Shown here piece after piece: positions 15,004 to 21,975 of a stretch of 32,000 nt of DNA. The number at the start of each line of letters is the position of its first letter. Within the stretch, counting starts at the first letter, position 1. A program made the position numbers and the translations under genes. This stretch comes from Nostoc punctiforme PCC 73102 (GTDB lineage Bacteria > Cyanobacteriota > Cyanobacteriia > Cyanobacteriales > Nostocaceae), in the NCBI RefSeq assembly GCF_000020025.1, contig NC_010628.1, positions 2,610,001 to 2,642,000 on the forward strand, in the 5' to 3' direction. Below the pieces are notes generated by a model. The model was not told where the DNA came from. It worked only from the letters and a program-made list of their open reading frames with translations, and made no database searches.

Positions 15004-16827
15004 ATGGACGACATATTTAAAGGATTTGAACACCTATTAGAAATTGCCAAAGCTTTAGAAGAAAAAGTAGAGAAAGGCGAGTTAAAAACTTCTATTCAAA
15101 TTCGCTCTCATAATCTCAGTAGTATTCCCCGGCAAGGCAATATTCCGAGAACAAGTAATTCTAGCCGAGTCCGATCCAATTCCACCGTTGGCACTACACC
15201 AATGGATGATACTGATGTTACCCCCCCATCAGCTCGGACGAACTCAAAAGCTGCTTGGCAAGGTATCGGCGGCTTGGCTGATGTTCTCCAAGAAATCAGA
15301 GAGTTAGTTGAAATTCCACTTAAACGTCCAGATTTATTGGTGAAATTAGGGTTAGAGCCTCCGCGTGGGGTTTTGCTCGTTGGCCCGCCTGGTACGGGAA
15401 AAACTTTAACAGCCCGTGTTTTGGCAGAAGAGTTAGAGTTAAACTACATTGCCATCAATGGCCCAGAGGTGATGAGCAAGTATTACGGGGAAGCAGAAGC
15501 TCGTTTGCGAAGTATTTTTGAGAAAGCAACTCGTTCTGCTCCCTGCCTGATATTTATTGACGAAATTGACAGCCTTGCCCCAGATCGCAGCCAAGTGGAA
15601 GGTGAAGTTGAAAAAAGACTAGTGGCGCAGTTGCTTGGGTTAATGGATGGGTTTGCCAAAACCGAGGGCGTACTTGTATTAGCGGCAACAAATCGTCCCG
15701 ATTATCTCGATCCGGCGCTGCGTCGTCCGGGACGCTTCGATCGCGAAGTTCAGTTTCGGGTTCCCGATCGCGATGGACGATTGGAAATTCTCACGATTTT
15801 AACAAGTGCCATGCCCTTGGAGACTTCGGTTAATTTAGGAGCGATCGCTGATTTGGCTGTCGGTTTTGTTGGTGCCGATATCAAAGCTCTTTGCCAAAAA
15901 GCAGCTTACATTGCCCTTCGTCGTCAAGTCCCCTCACTCAACAGCCCCGTTCCTGAGAACATGACTATCGTACAGCAGGATTTTCTCGAAGCAATTAAGG
16001 AGATAAAACCCTCAGTTCTCAGGGATGTAGCAATTGAAGTACCGAGCGTCAGTTGGGATGACATTGGTGGTTTGGATGATGTGAAACAAAAACTTCAAGA
16101 ATCTGTAGAGGGCGCACTCCTCTATCCCGAACTATACGAGCAAACAAAAGCCAAGCCTCCCCGTGGGATTCTGTTGTGGGGGTCGCCTGGAACGGGAAAA
16201 ACCTTACTTGCAAAAGCGATCGCTTCTCAGGCTAGAGCCAACTTTATTGCTGTGAATGGCCCGGAATTACTCAGCCGATGGGTAGGTGCAGCAGAACAGG
16301 CAGTCAGAGAACTTTTTCGCAAAGCTCGGCAAGCAGCTCCTTGCGTTGTGTTTATAGATGAAATTGATACCCTGGCACCAGCACGGGGACGATTCACTGG
16401 TGATTCTGGAGTTAGCGATCGCGTTGTTGGTCAACTGCTCACCGAACTGGATGGGTTGCATGAATGCCCGAAAGTACTGTTAGTAGGAGCAACCAATCGT
16501 CCAGAAGCGCTCGATCCTGCCTTGCTCAGAGCAGGAAGATTGGACTTACAAATAAAAATCGATCTACCAGATCGAGCCAGCCGATTAGCGATTTTACGAG
16601 TTCACAATCTAGATCGTCCCCTGGTTGATGTCGATTTAGAAACCTGGGCGACAGTTACCGAGGGTTGGAATGGAGCAGACTTGGCTTTGTTGAGCAATCA
16701 AGCTGCTTTAAGCGCCATTCGTCGATACCGCGCCCAAGGATTGACTGACTCCAGCTTGATTCAGATTACAAATGATGATTTCCAAGTTACATACCAAATG
16801 CTTGCTAATCAGCATCAATCTCAATAG
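15004..16827 (+). CDS. Cdc48/p97-like ATPase with two AAA+ domains and no recognisable Cdc48 N-domain
   Basis: D1 has GPPGTGKT and LIFIDEIDSLAP. D2 has GSPGTGKT and VVFIDEIDTLAP. Both are followed by ATNRP...LDPALRRPGRFD / LDPALLRAGRLD. The first ~90 aa are a short helix plus an S/T/N/R-rich linker. Confidence 0.9.
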   Translation: MDDIFKGFEHLLEIAKALEEKVEKGELKTSIQIRSHNLSSIPRQGNIPRTSNSSRVRSNSTVGTTPMDDTDVTPPSARTNSKAAWQGIGGLADVLQEIRELVEIPLKRPDLLVKLGLEPPRGVLLVGPPGTGKTLTARVLAEELELNYIAINGPEVMSKYYGEAEARLRSIFEKATRSAPCLIFIDEIDSLAPDRSQVEGEVEKRLVAQLLGLMDGFAKTEGVLVLAATNRPDYLDPALRRPGRFDREVQFRVPDRDGRLEILTILTSAMPLETSVNLGAIADLAVGFVGADIKALCQKAAYIALRRQVPSLNSPVPENMTIVQQDFLEAIKEIKPSVLRDVAIEVPSVSWDDIGGLDDVKQKLQESVEGALLYPELYEQTKAKPPRGILLWGSPGTGKTLLAKAIASQARANFIAVNGPELLSRWVGAAEQAVRELFRKARQAAPCVVFIDEIDTLAPARGRFTGDSGVSDRVVGQLLTELDGLHECPKVLLVGATNRPEALDPALLRAGRLDLQIKIDLPDRASRLAILRVHNLDRPLVDVDLETWATVTEGWNGADLALLSNQAALSAIRRYRAQGLTDSSLIQITNDDFQVTYQMLANQHQSQ

Positions 16828-16829
16828 AG

Positions 16830-16871
16830 GACAGAAGACAGAAGGCAGAAGACAGAAGGCAGAAGGAAGAA
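16830..16871. repeat. STRR-type heptanucleotide tandem array (GACAGAA/GGCAGAA, six units)
   Basis: It reads gacagaa gacagaa ggcagaa gacagaa ggcagaa ggaagaa, starting 3 nt after the AAA+ stop codon. Confidence 0.9.
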
Positions 16872-16983
16872 TTTTCATGCTTGATTGTGCGAAAACTAGG
16901 CATGAATAGCTTACTTGAAAAAACGCAGAAGTTCAGAGCGGAAGCTACTTAAGTTATGTTACTAAAGTAAATTTAACTTAAAC

Positions 16984-17039
16984 CCTCTTCCCTCCTGCCT
17001 CCTGCCATCTGCCTCCTGCCTCCTTCCTGTCTCTTGCCT
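16984..17039. repeat. STRR-type heptanucleotide tandem array (CCTCCTG and variants, about eight units), inverted relative to 16830-16871
   Basis: It reads cctcttc cctcctg cctcctg ccatctg cctcctg cctcctt cctgtct cttgcct. The reverse complement CAGGAGG differs by one base from the rotated left-array unit CAGAAGG. Confidence 0.9.
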
Positions 17040-17073
17040 CATCCCAACTGCAAATATTTACGCCGTTTTACTT

Positions 17074-17763
17074 ATGTCAATATACGCTTATGCTCTTCTA
17101 GTCCCCACCGCATCACCGCTTGTTCTACCTTTAGGGATGGAAAGAAATACCGAACTAGTTTACTCTTCTGGTTTAGCTGCTCTCGTAGAGCCGGAAATCT
17201 CACTGGAGGCAATACAGGCAACGGATGAGCGTTTACTTCAAGCTGTATTAAACCACGATCACGTAATTCGAGAACTTTTTCAACAAACTCCCCTTCTTCC
17301 CCTACGCTTTGGGAGGGGTTTTACCTCTGTAGAAAAACTGCTGAATCATCTAGAAAACCACCAAGAGCAATATCTAGAAACCCTAACTCAGCTAGCAGAC
17401 AAAGTTGAGTACAGTGTAAAAGTGACAGCCTGTTCTTTACTTGACGATTCTGACACTATTGATGCCAGGGGAAAAGCCTATTTATTAGCTAAAAAACAAC
17501 GCTACCAAACACAGCAAGCATTTCAAGCACAACAATGCGAACAGTGGGAACTCTTGAACGAGTTAATTCTCAAAACATATACAAATGTTATCTGTGAAAC
17601 TCGACAGTCAGATGTGCGGCAAATCCACTTTTTGGCACAACGCAACGATTCAACGCTCAGTACGCAACTGTTTTCCCTCTGGCAGGTACAATGCTCGCAC
17701 TGGCAATTGGCACTGAGCGAACCTCTACCACCGTATCATTTTTTAAAAAATACTCTCATATAA
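17074..17763 (+). CDS. Second GvpF/GvpL-family gas vesicle protein (cyanobacterial GvpW/GvpL-like)
   Basis: N-terminus IYAYALL, then AALVEPEISLEAIQATDERLLQAVLNHDHVIRELFQQTPLLPLRFG, the characteristic GvpF/L N-domain pattern. Confidence 0.8.
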   Translation: MSIYAYALLVPTASPLVLPLGMERNTELVYSSGLAALVEPEISLEAIQATDERLLQAVLNHDHVIRELFQQTPLLPLRFGRGFTSVEKLLNHLENHQEQYLETLTQLADKVEYSVKVTACSLLDDSDTIDARGKAYLLAKKQRYQTQQAFQAQQCEQWELLNELILKTYTNVICETRQSDVRQIHFLAQRNDSTLSTQLFSLWQVQCSHWQLALSEPLPPYHFLKNTLI

Positions 17764-17896
17764 ATTCATAAAAAATCATATTTAAAACTTTCCCAGAAAA
17801 TATAAAGATGAGATAATTTTTTCTTTAATTTTTGTCTAAAAAAATATTGTGAACTTTTTAGTATTTTTTTATTTTGTTATATTTATCTCATTTTTT

Positions 17897-17905
17897 GGGA
17901 ATACT
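17897..17905 (+). promoter_or_regulatory. Candidate SigJ-type 'J-box' (-10 region) promoter element for gvpA
   Basis: A perfect GGGAATACT lies in an otherwise very AT-rich 238-nt spacer, 97 nt upstream of the gvpA ATG. As I recall it, this matches the J-box consensus GGGaAtacT described for SigJ-dependent hormogonium promoters of Nostoc punctiforme. Confidence 0.45.
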
Positions 17906-18001
17906 AAACCCAGGAAGAATAAAACACATTGTGTAAGTTTTACCTACTGCTCAATCAGAGCAAGATGAAATAAATAATTAGAGTTGTGAGAGAAAAAGAA
18001 A

Positions 18002-18223
18002 ATGGCTGTTGAAAAAGTTAACTCATCTTCAAGTCTGGCTGAAGTTATTGACCGCATCTTGGACAAAGGAATTGTAATTGATGCTTGGGTACGTGTTTCT
18101 TTAGTTGGTATTGAACTGCTATCAATAGAAGCTCGGATTGTTATTGCTTCAGTTGAAACTTACTTAAGATATGCTGAGGCGGTTGGTTTAACATCTCAGG
18201 CTGCTGTTCCATCTGCTGCTTAA
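18002..18223 (+). CDS. gvpA: Major gas vesicle structural protein GvpA
   Basis: [63 protein letters not shown] is almost invariant cyanobacterial GvpA. Confidence 0.97.
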   Translation: MAVEKVNSSSSLAEVIDRILDKGIVIDAWVRVSLVGIELLSIEARIVIASVETYLRYAEAVGLTSQAAVPSAA

Positions 18224-18239
18224 TAGCACATTATAAAAA

Positions 18240-18258
18240 GGGAGTCTTCATGGCTCCC
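18240..18258 (+). terminator. Stem-loop between gvpA and the GvpC-like gene (candidate attenuator / partial terminator)
   Basis: GGGAGTC-TTCAT-GGCTCCC gives a 7-bp stem including one G-U pair. It is followed by ATTTAATGTTTC and lies 17 nt after the gvpA stop. Confidence 0.35.
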
Positions 18259-18298
18259 ATTTAATGTTTCTAGTTAACAAAATAGGAGATTTCAGCTG

Positions 18299-19006
18299 AT
18301 GGCTCTCAAGAATTTATGGGAACAAGAGCGATCGCAGCGATTACAAATAACTGCTGAACGCCGTCAACAAGTTAACCAGTGGAAACAGCTAACTCAACAA
18401 GAATTGCAGTTGCAAGCAGATATGCTTCATCAAGAATTGAGCAGTTTTGTTACCAGCCTTCACAACGATAGGAACTTACAACAGCAGCAATTTCAGCAAG
18501 AGATTGTAGAGCGGCAATTGGAAATATTGCAAATAAAAACTGATGTCTGGCAACGTCAGCAAGAATACCGCCAACAGCGGGCAGTAAAGGCTCAGGCATT
18601 ATTCCAAAACTTGCAAAATTTCCGGGCAATCTTACATAACAGTGTTTTGGGCGATCGCAGTCAAGAACAAGCAGTTTCCCCACCTCCTGCTAAAGAAGAG
18701 AAATTAGTTGCAACAGTTCCAAAATGGTCAATCTCCCGTTCTGCAATTAAAGCCACTGGTTTCCGTGCTTCCGTCAATACCATGACTAAGAAAGTGCCTG
18801 CCTTGAATGCAGATACTGCTAAATCTAAAGTGCAGCAATACATTCAGCAAGCTGAAGGAGCTACTCTGATAGAAATTGAAGAGGTTATAGGCTTAAGCCG
18901 GGTGCAAACGATAGATATCCTGCGCTCCTTGATCAAGCAAGGGATACTGGAACAACGCGATCGCCAATACTTTATTCGGCAACAAACAATTTCTGGACAA
19001 ACTTAA
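18299..19006 (+). CDS. GvpC-like Q-rich helical protein fused to a C-terminal winged-helix-like domain
   Basis: It occupies the gvpC position immediately after gvpA. The N-terminal ~118 aa are Gln/Arg/Glu-rich with GvpC-like segments (LWEQERSQR..., HQELSSFVTSL, RAVKAQALFQNLQNFRAILHNSVLG). The C-terminus reads ATLIEIEEVIGLSRVQTIDILRSLIKQGILEQ. GGAG lies upstream of the ATG. Confidence 0.55.
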   Translation: MALKNLWEQERSQRLQITAERRQQVNQWKQLTQQELQLQADMLHQELSSFVTSLHNDRNLQQQQFQQEIVERQLEILQIKTDVWQRQQEYRQQRAVKAQALFQNLQNFRAILHNSVLGDRSQEQAVSPPPAKEEKLVATVPKWSISRSAIKATGFRASVNTMTKKVPALNADTAKSKVQQYIQQAEGATLIEIEEVIGLSRVQTIDILRSLIKQGILEQRDRQYFIRQQTISGQT

Positions 19007-19209
19007 TTCAAGCTCATTTTTTGTATTGGCAGACTAGCAGAATGCGATCGCTTATGTCTATCACCTTAAGCAGTATAGTACAAAATCGATAAGCTTTTAA
19101 GCTGGTCTATGTCTTGTAGTGTTCAACATTTCCATCTTTTTCAGGTCTGTATTGCATTGCAACTACATCTATACAAGCAATTTGCTCAGTAGATGTAACA
19201 TGACAACAA

Positions 19210-19247
19210 GTTAACCTATTAATAATTAGTTAACCTATTAATAATTA
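19210..19247. repeat. Perfect tandem duplication of a 19-bp unit (GTTAACCTATTAATAATTA x2)
   Basis: Units at 19210-19228 and 19229-19247 are identical. They lie about 200 nt upstream of the PatA-type regulator gene. Confidence 0.9.
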
Positions 19248-19454
19248 GAAAAAGAGCTTAAATCTTTGTTCAAGCTTCTGGCTTTGAACTTTAAAAATAT
19301 CCATATTAGAAAGGGATATAACAAGCTGGAATAGCTCAATCAAGGTTTTGAACTGTGCTATTGGCAATCGCGCAATAAAGTTAGTAAGCTGGATTGTTTG
19401 AGCAATTTTAATGTAAATGCAAAACTTAGTATATATAAGGAGGTGCGATCCATT

Positions 19455-20786
19455 GTGAATCAATTGATTGAGCAACTTCAAACTAAATTATTCACAGGTA
19501 GGCTGAATCTTGAAGCAAGGGATGGGCCGACTTGGACGCTATATTTTCGCTTAGGACGATTAATTTGGCAGGCTGGTGGTTCTAATGCCGATGAGCGATG
19601 GCGACGACATTTGTTGCGCTACTGTTCTAATGTGGATGTGACACAGTTGGAGCAGCTTGTCTCTCCCCAGGAAAATTATCGCGAGTATTCCATTCTTGCT
19701 AAGTTGCGAGAACAAAAATTAATCGAACAACAACAACTTGTTAGTCTGATTGCAAGCTCAATAGCTGAAGTCCTGTTTGATATCATGCAGTACATTGAAG
19801 CCAAAAGAAATGGCGACAATCCAGCAGGGCAGTTGTCACATACTACCGTTGTTGGTGAAGTTCCTGGGGTTCTCCTAGCTGTAATACCAACTGAGGAAGT
19901 CTTGAAACGGGCTACACAAGCCTGGCAAGAATGGCGAGATGCAGGACTGGCAACCTACTCGCCCAATTTATTTCCGATCATTCAACAAATTGAGTTACTC
20001 CAAGGACAAGCATCCTCTAAACAGATTATTGCTCTAGTTGATGGAACAAAAACTTTACGAGGTCTAGGGCAAAAAAGCGGTCGGGATGTCTTAGCTTTGA
20101 CTCGGTTATTGATGACATTGGTAAAAACAGGGGCGATCGCTTTTTCACCTATCCCAAAGCTCAGGCAGGTTGTGATTAGTAAAGAAACTGGCAACCCGTC
20201 CAGTGCAGTTAATAATTCCAATTCTTCACTCAAGACAGAAGAGGACACTGTTTTACAATTTGCACCCAATTTCAATAAAGTTGTTCCCCCAGCGACTAGT
20301 AAAGAAATTGTCAGTCCGTCTAGTGCAGTTAATAATTTCAATTCTTCACTGAAGAAAGAAGAGAACACTGTTATACAAGTTGCCCCCCCAGCAGCTAGCA
20401 AAGCAATTATTGATCTCTCAAGACCTTTAGTAGCATGTGTGGATGATAGTCCAACGATCTGTCGCAGTTTAGAGGAAATTATGACCCATCAAGGTTATCG
20501 CTTTGTTGGCATTCAAGATTCCTTGACGGCAGTTTTAAACCTAATTAAAAGTAAGCCAGACTTCATTTTTTTGGATCTATTGATGCCAAAAGTAAATGGC
20601 TATGAAATTTGTTCTCAAATCCGTAAAACTCCAAGTCTCAAAAATGTGCCGGTTGTCATCTTAACGGGGAAAGATGGAATAGTAGATCGGATGCGAGCAA
20701 AATTAGTAGGAGCAACTGACTTTTTGGGTAAACCTGTAGAAGCAGACAAAGTACTCAATATGCTTCACAAGTATTTAACCGTTTAG
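19455..20786 (+). CDS. PatA-type response regulator (N-terminal PATAN domain, low-complexity linker, C-terminal receiver); PixG/PtxA/HmpA-like
   Basis: The PATAN-like N-terminus is FTGRLNLEARDGPTWTLYFRLGRLIWQAGG. The C-terminal REC reads LVACVDDSPT...FIFLDLLMPKVNGYE...FLGKP. I prefer the GTG at 19455, 11 nt after AAGGAGG. The listed TTG at 19398 is an alternative start. Confidence 0.85.
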   Translation: MNQLIEQLQTKLFTGRLNLEARDGPTWTLYFRLGRLIWQAGGSNADERWRRHLLRYCSNVDVTQLEQLVSPQENYREYSILAKLREQKLIEQQQLVSLIASSIAEVLFDIMQYIEAKRNGDNPAGQLSHTTVVGEVPGVLLAVIPTEEVLKRATQAWQEWRDAGLATYSPNLFPIIQQIELLQGQASSKQIIALVDGTKTLRGLGQKSGRDVLALTRLLMTLVKTGAIAFSPIPKLRQVVISKETGNPSSAVNNSNSSLKTEEDTVLQFAPNFNKVVPPATSKEIVSPSSAVNNFNSSLKKEENTVIQVAPPAASKAIIDLSRPLVACVDDSPTICRSLEEIMTHQGYRFVGIQDSLTAVLNLIKSKPDFIFLDLLMPKVNGYEICSQIRKTPSLKNVPVVILTGKDGIVDRMRAKLVGATDFLGKPVEADKVLNMLHKYLTV

Positions 20787-20932
20787 GTTAAAGCGACAGT
20801 CATACCAGTGGCTCCTCTACATCCATTTTCAAAACCGATTGTGGATGGAAAATTGCTTCCTAAATCTAGCTTGGTGTTAATTTATTTGTCGCCATTATTT
20901 TTCAAATTCTGAATTAAATAGTTAGGAAAAAA

Positions 20933-21295
20933 ATGAAAAAAGTTCTTTTAGTTGAAGATAGCCTCACAGAATCCGAAAAGATGACACGTTACCTAGAGCA
21001 AGGAGGATATTCAGTTTATGAAGTTCGTAGTGGTGAAGAGGCTCAACTGCGGTTGAAACAACAAAAACCTGACTTGATCTTACTGGATTTGATTTTGCCA
21101 GGCCAAAGTGGATTTGAGTTCTGCCGCAAGTTGAAAGCCGATCCGACAACAAAAGGAATTCCGGTAGTGATTTGCTCAACTAAAAACACAGATGTTGATA
21201 GAACTTGGGGCAATATGAGTGGCGCTGATGGCTATTTAGTCAAACCTGTAGACGAAAATACCTTGCTCCAAACTGTTAGTAAATTTATTCGCTAA
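20933..21295 (+). CDS. Single-domain CheY-like response regulator (PixH/PilH-like)
   Basis: A 120-aa protein with VLLVEDS, LILLDLILPGQSG and YLVKP receiver motifs. Confidence 0.9.
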   Translation: MKKVLLVEDSLTESEKMTRYLEQGGYSVYEVRSGEEAQLRLKQQKPDLILLDLILPGQSGFEFCRKLKADPTTKGIPVVICSTKNTDVDRTWGNMSGADGYLVKPVDENTLLQTVSKFIR

Positions 21296-21309
21296 AGGAA
21301 ACTGGGGCA

Positions 21310-21843
21310 ATGGTACAGAGCAACGATCGCTTTTCTTCGCTACCCATTAATAGCCAATTTCGACTTGAAAACTCTACCCAAGGAAACAACCAGAGATTTT
21401 TAAGATTTCCGTTGAATGGAAAGGTAAATGGGTTACTCCCATTAGCTGATTTGCGGGGAGTAATTCAGGTTGCACTGACCGAGATTTTACCAGTACCGCA
21501 GGTAGCAGAATTCCTGTTAGGCATAATGAATTGGCGGGGAGAAGCGATCTGGATTCTTGATTTAGCAGGTTTGTTGGGGGCAACACACTGGTGTCGGCGG
21601 GAAAGTGTGCGTAACTCTGGCATGGCGATGCTTGTTCAAGTCCAGAATCAAACCGTCGGGCTGTTGGTAGAGCAAGTCAATACCATTGAAGTTCACGATC
21701 CCCAAGAGCGGTTAGAGATTTCGACATCGATGTTACCTGGCCGACTAGGCTCATTCTTACAGGGTTACTTTGTGGATTCTCAAGGTAGCCCTTTGATGTT
21801 ACTTGACACCCAGGTTGTGATTCAAGCCCTTCAGCCTCTTTAA
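21310..21843 (+). CDS. CheW-like coupling protein (PixI/PilI-like)
   Basis: A 177-aa protein with FLRFPL...LLPLADLRGV...ILPVPQVAEFLLGIMNWRGEAIWILDL, a typical CheW fold pattern. Confidence 0.9.
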   Translation: MVQSNDRFSSLPINSQFRLENSTQGNNQRFLRFPLNGKVNGLLPLADLRGVIQVALTEILPVPQVAEFLLGIMNWRGEAIWILDLAGLLGATHWCRRESVRNSGMAMLVQVQNQTVGLLVEQVNTIEVHDPQERLEISTSMLPGRLGSFLQGYFVDSQGSPLMLLDTQVVIQALQPL

Positions 21844-21975
21844 AGTTCAGAGCTTCCTATACAACGCCAAGGGCGGATGCACAAAGGCTTCTGGACGCTG
21901 AAGCCGTTCTAAAAAAATTAGCCCCCTGAAGCATTCTACTTATTAACTCCGACAACCTTCATAGCAAGAAAGATC

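Noticed and set aside
17034-17228. 64-aa ORF starting in the CCTCCTG heptamer array and overlapping the second gvpF/L gene
   Set aside because: It begins inside a repeat array with a non-ATG start. It overlaps, in another frame, an ORF with clear GvpF/L motifs.
19245-19481. 78-aa minus-strand ORF in the AT-rich spacer upstream of the PatA-type gene
   Set aside because: Its product is low-complexity and I/L/K/F-rich, as is typical of AT-rich DNA. It overlaps the regulator's RBS and start, and it has no RBS of its own.
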